From NCBI RefSeq assembly GCF_037042905.1, contig NC_087245.1:41728001-41792000 (forward strand): 64,000 nucleotides of DNA. Direction: 5' to 3'. The notes under the pieces were generated by a model, which saw only the letters and a list, made by a program, of their open reading frames with translations, was not told the origin of the DNA and searched no databases. This document shows positions 39,101 to 48,100 of this stretch, in pieces; positions within the stretch are counted from its first letter, which is position 1; every line of letters begins with the position of its first letter. A program made the translations under genes and the position numbers. The DNA comes from Lytechinus pictus. Taxonomy: Eukaryota.

Positions 39101-42100
39101 ATAATTGCAACTACCATCGTTTGCTCACCAGCCAATCACAATCAAGATTTTCGTATAGGCAAATTTACTATAGTTGTAAAAGTTTTTATAAAACGGGCCT
39201 CCAAGGATGTGCACATGAAAAGTAGCATCCATTATAATATTGTCATGGTGATCATAATTATATCTAGAATTACAGTATGTTTATTAATCATTAGCATGAT
39301 TAAAATCAGTGATATTTACCGTTTGTTGCCATGGTTACAGGATGATGTCTGCCCAGCTTTGTCGAATGCTACATCTGGGAGCTCCTGTGGTGAGATGACG
39401 TCATCATCCGGCGATTCAATGCTGCTTTACTATTGGTTGTTCATCATCGGTCAGGTGTTACATGGATGGGGCGGGTCTACCCTCTACACTGTCGGTATTA
39501 CGTATATGGATGAGAGTTTACCGTCTTCGACATTCGGCCTTTATATGGGTAAGGCGAACCCTTCTGCTATTATGGCTACTGAACATGAAGCAAAGTAGCA
39601 ATTTTTTTACAAAATATGTAATGGTAATGGCTTATTCAAGGATTGGACTATGATTCACCGTTCAATAAATTTCGACATCTTATAATTCGTTTTTGTCTCA
39701 CCTGCATAGCAGAGTGAGACTATAGGCGCCGCTTTTCCGACGGCGACGGCGGCGGCGGCGTCAACACCAAATCTTAACCTGAGGTTACGTTTTTGAAATG
39801 ACAGCATAACTTAGAAAGTATATGGACCTAGTTCATGAAACTTGGCCATAAGGTTAATCAAGTATTACTGAACATCCTGCCTGAGTTTCATGTCACATGA
39901 CCAAGGTCAAAGGTCAAAGGTCATTTAGGGTCAATGAACTTAGACCATGTTGGGGGAATCAACATCAAAATCTTAACCTAAGGTTAAGTTTTTGAAATGT
40001 CATCATAACTTAGAAAATATATGGACCTAGTTCATGAAACTTATACATAAGGTTAATCAAGTATCACTGAACATCCTGCGTGAGTTTCACATCACATGAC
40101 CAAGGTCAAAGGTCATTTAGGGTCAATGAACTTTGGCCGAATTGGGGGTATCTGTTGAATTACCATCATAACTTTGAATGTTTATGGATCTGATTCATGA
40201 AACTTGGACATAATAGTAATCAAGTATTACTGAACATCCTGTGCAAGTTTCAGGTCACATGATCAAGGTCAAAGGTCATTTAGGGTCAATGAACTTTGGC
40301 CAAATGGGGGTATTTGTTGAATTACAGCCATAAATTTGAAAGTGTGTTGGTCTAGTTCATAAAACTTGGACATAATAGTAATCAAGTATCACTGAACATC
40401 CTGTGCGAGTTTCAGGTCACATGATCAGGTCAAAGGTCATGTAAGGTCAAAGAACTTTGGCCACGTTGGGGGTATTTGTTGAATTGCCATCATATCTCTA
40501 TAAGTGTATTGGTCTAGTTCATAAAACGTGGAAATAAGAGTAACCAAGTATCACTGAACATCTTGTGCGAGTTATAGTAGTTTTCAAAATCAGCACTGCT
40601 GCTATATTGAATCGTGTGATGCAGGTGAGACGGCCAGAGGCATTCCACTTGTATATTTATTATGGCTGAAATCATTTTCGGTAATGTCATGATTGTTTTT
40701 ATCGTAACCACGGCTTTGACATCTATTGGCCTCCACTGGGTTCCTATCGCGTTCATTATCATCATCATCATCATCACCACCACCATCATTATCACAATCA
40801 TCCTGATTACCATCAACATCCTCGTCACCATTCTCATCCAAATACCACATAATCATCAAAGTCAACACCGCCATTTACACGATTTTCACCATGACTGCCA
40901 CCACAATAATAACCATCACACCCACCACCACCATTACCACTGCAACCACACAATATCACCATAACTACCATCCCCACCACCATTACCATCATGATCATCA
41001 GCATCGTCATCTACACCACTTTCACAACCACCACCAGCACCTCCACCGCAATCCTCACCACCACCAACGTCATCCCTAATTCCAAACATTATCCACATTC
41101 ACTTGCTTTAATAAATTCCAACACCACCACCCACCATTTATACCACCATCACCACTAACGTCACCAACACCACCACTATCACCCATACCACCACCACTAC
41201 CGCCATCACCACCACCAACACCACTACTACCACCATCACCACCACCATCACCAGCAACACCACTGCCAATACCACCTTACCACCCGCCGTCACACCATTG
41301 CCCTTCTCTCCATTTCGACAAGGATATTAATGTATCACCTTCGTCATTCATTCCTCAGGAATCTTCACCGCTATGAACGCCGTTGGACCAGCTCTGGGTT
41401 ACCTGATAGGCGGCGCCATGCTGTCAGACCTGTACAATGATATCACAACACCTTTGTCAAGGCAAGTTTACAAACATTAGCTCCATCTTCAACCGAAAAT
41501 GAAGATGTGTGCATTTCCAAATCCTTCCCAGTAATAATAATAATAATAATAATAATACCTGCTTTCCTGTCGAGTCGTGTCTGTCACTACCTTTCATCGG
41601 CGTTACACGCGCTAATCAGGGAATTTCGTCTCAAAGGGGACATTAAATCGAATCCATCAACTATTTGGAAATTTGTTTGTAACTGTGCCAGTATACCTAA
41701 GAACTTTATGAGGCTTCATTCGAAGGCATTCATTTTCAACGACTCATTTTTATAAAGATTTCCTATTGATCTGAGCAAACTCAACTATATGGGATCCACC
41801 AAAGTCATAATTATTCATATTTATAGGAAACATAGAGAACGTCCCTTTCAAAATGAAGAAGAGCACACTGGGATATCACTGATGCATGCGGGAGATTACA
41901 GTTTAATATTCAGAAAACACCTAAAACAGATATTATGCTTCTAATCTAGATGTCGCTTGCTTTCCATAGCTCAGACTTTATAAAAACGGTGCACAGGATG
42001 TTATTGTCTTCTTGAATGGTCCCAGTCATAATTGTTTTCACGACCTAATTGATAGGTAGGGTATTGACGGAAACCTGTTACATCCCTGAGTTGAATGTAA

Positions 42101-45100
42101 GCTAATTAGGGAGTAATTCAAGTAATTAATCATTTTAAGTCAGTATCTTGTTATCCAATGCCGGAAGTCAATGGAACACGGCAGTGCCATAGCCATCACA
42201 ATCGCCTTGTGATGCAATGTCTTCCAGGATCGGAACCTTCCTGTTTTGGGGGACCGACGTTTCCGAAGAGACATGCACGCATGGCGGGTGAATTGAATTT
42301 CACGTGGATTTTCACGTGGATTTTCATATGGGTCTAGGTAATGTTGATGATTGCCGATAAACAAATCTAACACCACAAGGACAACAGTTGTCCTTGTGGT
42401 GTTAGTAATGTTATTAGTGGTGATCTTGGTGATGTTGACTCCGATGATGATTTTGGTATACATCGTATATGGACACTAGCGTACCTACGGGGGGGGGGGG
42501 CAGAGGGGGCAGACTGCCCCCTGACGAGTCACAACCCATGCAAGGGACATATCCCTGCCCCCCTGACGATTCTTGAAGACCTTATTTATGATTTTTTTTT
42601 TTTGCTTGTTAATTTTTTTTCTGGTACGAAATCCTTTATTTGTGGTTGCAGACCTTTTTTTTTTTTTTACTTGTCAAATTTTTTGGCGGACGAATTCGCC
42701 CCCCCCCCCTGTGGAAAATCCTAGGTACGCCACTGTATATGGATGATGGTGATGATGGCGGTGCTGATATTGATGTTGGTGATGATATTGATAGTGATGA
42801 TGATGATGTTGATGTTGATGGTGATGACGGTGGTGGTTGTGATGATGGTAATGATGGCGATTTCTCAGTTAAAATCGACCATGGATTACGATGTTATATC
42901 AAGATTGGTCAGGACTAAAATTTGTGTAATGCTGCAATCGTAGATTCACTTTCAAATGATATCAGTGTCTGTGGAGTCACATCACGGGGTTGCGAACTCC
43001 AAACCCTCTGGCTCTCAGTCCGTTAACCTTTTTATTGCACCACTGCAACCGTCTGCCCTTACACTGATGTATGTTTGATTCATCTACACTGTAAAAAAAA
43101 ACGTGATTTTACGGAAAAAAGGGTTTTGCTGAAAGCAATAACAGAATCATTCTGTAAATTCATAAAACAGGAATTTTTCTGCAATTTAACAGAACAGGTG
43201 TGTTTAAAAAGGGGAAAGGGTGTTTTATTGAAGGAAATTTGTAAGATTCCATACACCATGGAGCTATCTGTTAATAGCTCTATGCATACACCAAATACCA
43301 ATTTCCTGTAAGATTACGCAATCTGGTAAGATTTTGGTATTCTCGAGACTCTGTTGCAGGAACTTCTTTTATTTTAAGGATACATTTTCTTACAGTGTAG
43401 GAGGACAGTCAAAGGACGATAGGAAAAAAATATTCATCTGGACTTACTTTTATGAAATGGAGAATAGTTTCACGGCTTCTTGAGCTCGTGTGAATTGGCG
43501 GGAAATTGTTGACAAGTGTCCCGTATCGGACGTAAAACTGATCTCCGTTTCATAAAAGCAAGTCCAGATGAATTGATTTATTTTTTTCTATCGTTATTTC
43601 ATCTGCCATCACTGTATACCATCTTTAACTTTTGAACAATCTCTTTGCTCTATAGTTTGGACATCACCCCTGATAATCCTGTCTGGGTCGGAGCTTGGTG
43701 GTTGGGATTTTTAATCAATGCTGGGCTCATCTTCATCTTCGCTTTCCTCAACCTTGGCTTTCCAAAGAAACTACCAGGTAAGAGAATTCACCTGTATTGA
43801 GAAATTAAATCGGGTTAGTTAAATCATGACAATTAAATAAAAAAAACTTGGAAACCAACACACTCAAATCGAACTGTTATCAATGGCACCAATTTCATCA
43901 ACGACATCTCAGAACATAACGAACTGATACGCTCACGAATTAGATATGAATTTTCATAAAGTCCTACAAGGTCAGTTGTAGCCTCCTGTTAAGATGATTT
44001 ATAGAAAAGAAAAAGTTATCAAGTTAATTTTTAACGAAATTAAGATATCAATCCTGAATACGGAGGATTGCCTGGGGCCGAACTTTAAGACGATTGTTTT
44101 GTGCAAGTTTTCGCATCGGGCCCTTATCAAAGAAAGTTGGAACTACTCTCCGCGTGATTCACACTGAGGACAATCTCATGGGAAACCGTACTTCTATCCT
44201 GTTGCGATTCTTCGTCTCCAGCATATTTTTAGATTTTTCTGAAAGTCAATCTTTGACCATCGCGATAATCTAAATTAAAATCATCTGGGCCCCGTATCAA
44301 ATAGATTAATCGCTAAATGAAATAACCTATCAAGATCATCGTTGTATGGGAACTTTGCTCCGTAGACTGACTAGGAACCAATCATAACTATTGTTCTTTC
44401 AGATTAGCGATTAATCGCCAACCCATGTGTTACAGGGCCCTGCGTCTGTTTGACAAGGGTAATAAATAACAATGACCATTTAAGATAATTGTTGCATACG
44501 CATATTGATCAACATGCTGACTTTGAGCCAATCAGATTCGCTGTTTAAAATTCGCAGTTTTTAGCAAGTCTTTTAATCGATTGGTGTCTGGATACCCGTT
44601 TATGTTGAGTTCATGACGCTTGATTTTACAACCGCGCGAGAGCGTAAAACATTGTCTTCGAAGAACGTCTCAATTATAATACATTTGGGAATCGTTTATG
44701 TCCCAGTCCATAAAATATGTATACCATATGATAATGCCGTTATCAATATAGATTTTCTCCAGACTGAATTTTATTAGCTTTATATTCGTTTTAAGATCGT
44801 ATTGGGTGTCATTCTGTCCTCCTATCCAGACGATGTCACTACCTCCATGGATCATTGACACATATACAGGAACGGCGATACCGGGGGGGGGGGGGGTGAA
44901 TGTCCCATGATTTGTTAAGTAGTGCAGAGTATTAAGAAATAAAAGCAAAAATCAAATAAAAACGGGAGAAAATAGAAAGGGGACCATCGAAAAGAATTAT
45001 TATTTAATAATTATTATTCAAAAAAAAAAAATGTCGCCCCTTTTAGGTCGCCTAGCCCACCCCCTCCCATCAAATTCCTTAGCACCGCCCCCTGCTAATA

Positions 45101-48100
45101 TTTCCTTGTTGATAAAAAAGAACAAGTTTCAGTGGGAGGACAGCGAGGAAGAAAATAATCTCTCATTGTTTTAAATTGAAAAAAAAAAATAATTATCACC
45201 CGTAATGTTGGTGATGAAAAAACAAATAAATAACACAAATATGTATATGACATAGAACTTCCAGATTTTGAATCCACAAGTCCTGTACGAGTCGTAAAGA
45301 CACTTTTGGAAAAAAAGACATCAAATGAAAAAGATTCATAAGCTTATCATTGCTTATGAGGCTTGGGTAGGCCCTAACTAATTACATTTTCTTCTTACTT
45401 TATTTTTTATTCAGTCATTTGTCTTCTGCGTGTTCAGCAGTAGTTCTTTTTCCTATCTTTAAACCTGTTCACATGACATTTCGATTTGCCATGAAGGAAT
45501 TAAGTTTGACATTTATCGTACATATTTGTGCATGATGTATCGTGTCATTTCATGTGTGCTGTTGTCATCTGCAGCCATTATGCATTCAAGAACTACCTCC
45601 GGGGTAGTTTGTCTTTTGAGTTATCATATAAATGCGAAGCAGGTGAAAGCGTAATGCCTAATAACTTCGATGATTTATCCTGGCAATCTGAAAAGTTGTG
45701 ATGACAAATTACATTGTCAGTTACAAGAGGGTCAATCATCTATCTTGCTTGACAAGCTTCGTGTCTTGAAGTTTAAAAAGTGTTTACTTTTCCTCTCAGT
45801 GATTCGAGGGAAATTCTTCAAAGTTTGAATTACCAGGTTGCCCCTTTCTCTGTGACCTCCTTTCCCAAGTAGGCCTATTTATTTTTAGCCCTTTTTATCA
45901 AAACTTTTACCAAATTACAGTGGTGATTACAGTCCCTCTCCCTCCACACACACCCACACCCTTCTTCACACACCTACGCACACGCACACACGTAAGGGTG
46001 CACCCACACATACACACACTTCCTCACACACACTCGCACACATTCGACATAGGAAGGGGCGTGGGCGAGAGTGAAGGTGATATTAGAGAATGCATGTAGA
46101 AATAATATTGTTTGAGTATTGGAGCGTTAATATCGTCCAATATTTGTATTTCCTTTATTTTCCCCATGTCTTATCCTTTTTTGCAATTCAAGGAGAAGTG
46201 CTCCTAGAACTCTTAACGTTGTTCATAGTACTTCGAGCATCGATAAAATAAAGATTAAATCCACTTTCCTTTAAATTAATTTCACATTTCCTTTTGTTTT
46301 TCTATCTTTCAGTAATGGATAAAATTTTACAAGAGAAGAGAAACGAATCTCAAGCTGGTTGCGAGTTCGAATCCCGGGACGGTTCGTACCTCGAAGTTCT
46401 TCAAGACTTCCCCAAGGCTCTTTTAGGCCTCTTCAAAAACCCTCCTTTCATCTTCCTGTCATTGATCGCTACCTGTGAGTGGTTTGTCTACGCCGGCCTT
46501 ACAACATTCGGCCCAAAGTTTTTCGAATCTCAACTCAACATCTCGTCCGGGGACGCAAGCTATGATATAGGTAGGCCTATATATTTGCCAGCATGACTTT
46601 GTTTTTCGATATCTTAACCATAATTATACCGTAGTTCGATTATCCAGACTATAGCTATGCCTTATTAACAATATTTGGTTAAACTTAAAGGCAAAGTAAC
46701 TATTTTATTATTTCAAAGAAGACTTTATTCGATAGAAAAAAAGTGGAATATGTATGGAGTATAGGGGAACGCGAGACAGAAGGGAAAAACACCACTCCTC
46801 GCACCCCCACACATTCGCTTTCAAAAGGGACACACACTTTTAGTAGGGTCTCTCAAAATTAATATTTAATCTCTTTTTCTTCTTAATTTTCTATTTCTTA
46901 GGAATCATCAGCGTCTCGGCTGGCATCGTAGGTTCCCTGATAAGTGGAGTATTGATGAAACGACTGAATTTATCTGTCAGAGGTCTTTTGAAGCTGAGTG
47001 TCATATGTGCCGTAGTGTCTCTCCTGTCGCAGTTCGTATTTCTCTTCCCTTGCCCTGATATTCCTTTTGCTGGAGTGACGGTTCCCTATGGTAATGGGTG
47101 AGTGAAATAGACATTTGAATACCCCCCCCCCATTTCCATTAGGGGAGTAATGATTCACGCCACGATTGAAATTAGGGTGTTGCTCGTGGAATACTCGTAG
47201 TCATCATGTTAGATTGTATCAGATCAGTCTTGGCAATCTTGTTGATCGCTGTAAAAAAAATTGAATGGTTCAAAGAGTTTCACGATCAGTTACGAAGGGT
47301 CAATCGTGGCACTGGCGGATCTAGGGGGGGGGGGGGACAAAGCCGGCCCGTGCATGCCCCCCCCCCCCTTTGAAAGGCACAACAAAACAATTTAACAGAT
47401 GTAAAATTGCCTTGAAAAAGAAGTGTGCCCCCCCCCCTTGAAAGTGAAGACCTTTTTTTTTTTTGCTTGTCAAACTTTTTCGTGAAAGAAATGTCCTTAA
47501 ATTTTGGTTAAAATCCCTTGGAAAATGTGACTCCCCCCCCTTTGGAAAATCCTGGATCCGCCCCTGAATCGTGGTGGCGTTCGTATGAATGGATCACACA
47601 ACAGTGGGAACGAGGTCTTCCCTTTTAATATGCCTTGCACTACAATGATAAGTAATTATGTATCCTTCTTCATTAATATCCAAATGCTTGCCAAGAATCC
47701 AGGAAGTCTCATTTTCAAGTCTTTAGTATGTCTGATCGGAAACTGACTCGAACCCTCTCGAACTTACGATATCATTACGATCTCCCTACGAGCTACGATT
47801 CATGAAGAAGGTGCTCTTTTGTAGCCAATACAAAATATTGTAGCCGATATGTCCTTGGGGGTGGGGGTGTCTCGGTGAGACAGCGGCCTACAATATGAGC
47901 TGGAAACACAAACACAAAGACATATTTTTTTTAAATTTTCATCATAAAAGCGAAAACTTTAATGTCAATTAAACACAAATCTTAAGAATAAAAAATGGGA
48001 TAATTCTAAAACAAAAAGTCCAGGAAATCAACAAAAGTACCAACAAAAGAGTCATTAAAATGTATTTAATAAATTCAAAATTGTTTAATCCTCCTCTTTC

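Noticed and set aside
39770..40570. CRISPR-like regular repeats (also 55600-57345)
   Set aside because: Whole units are homologous with no unique spacers, there are no cas genes, and the context is a eukaryotic intron or TE.
40514..41079. His/Ile/Asp/Met-rich ORFs (also 42640-42943 and 30003-30197)
   Set aside because: Translations of trinucleotide tracts.
41462..41470. Canonical GT donor at 41466 for exon C
   Set aside because: Gives phase 0, incompatible with the phase-2 start of exon D.
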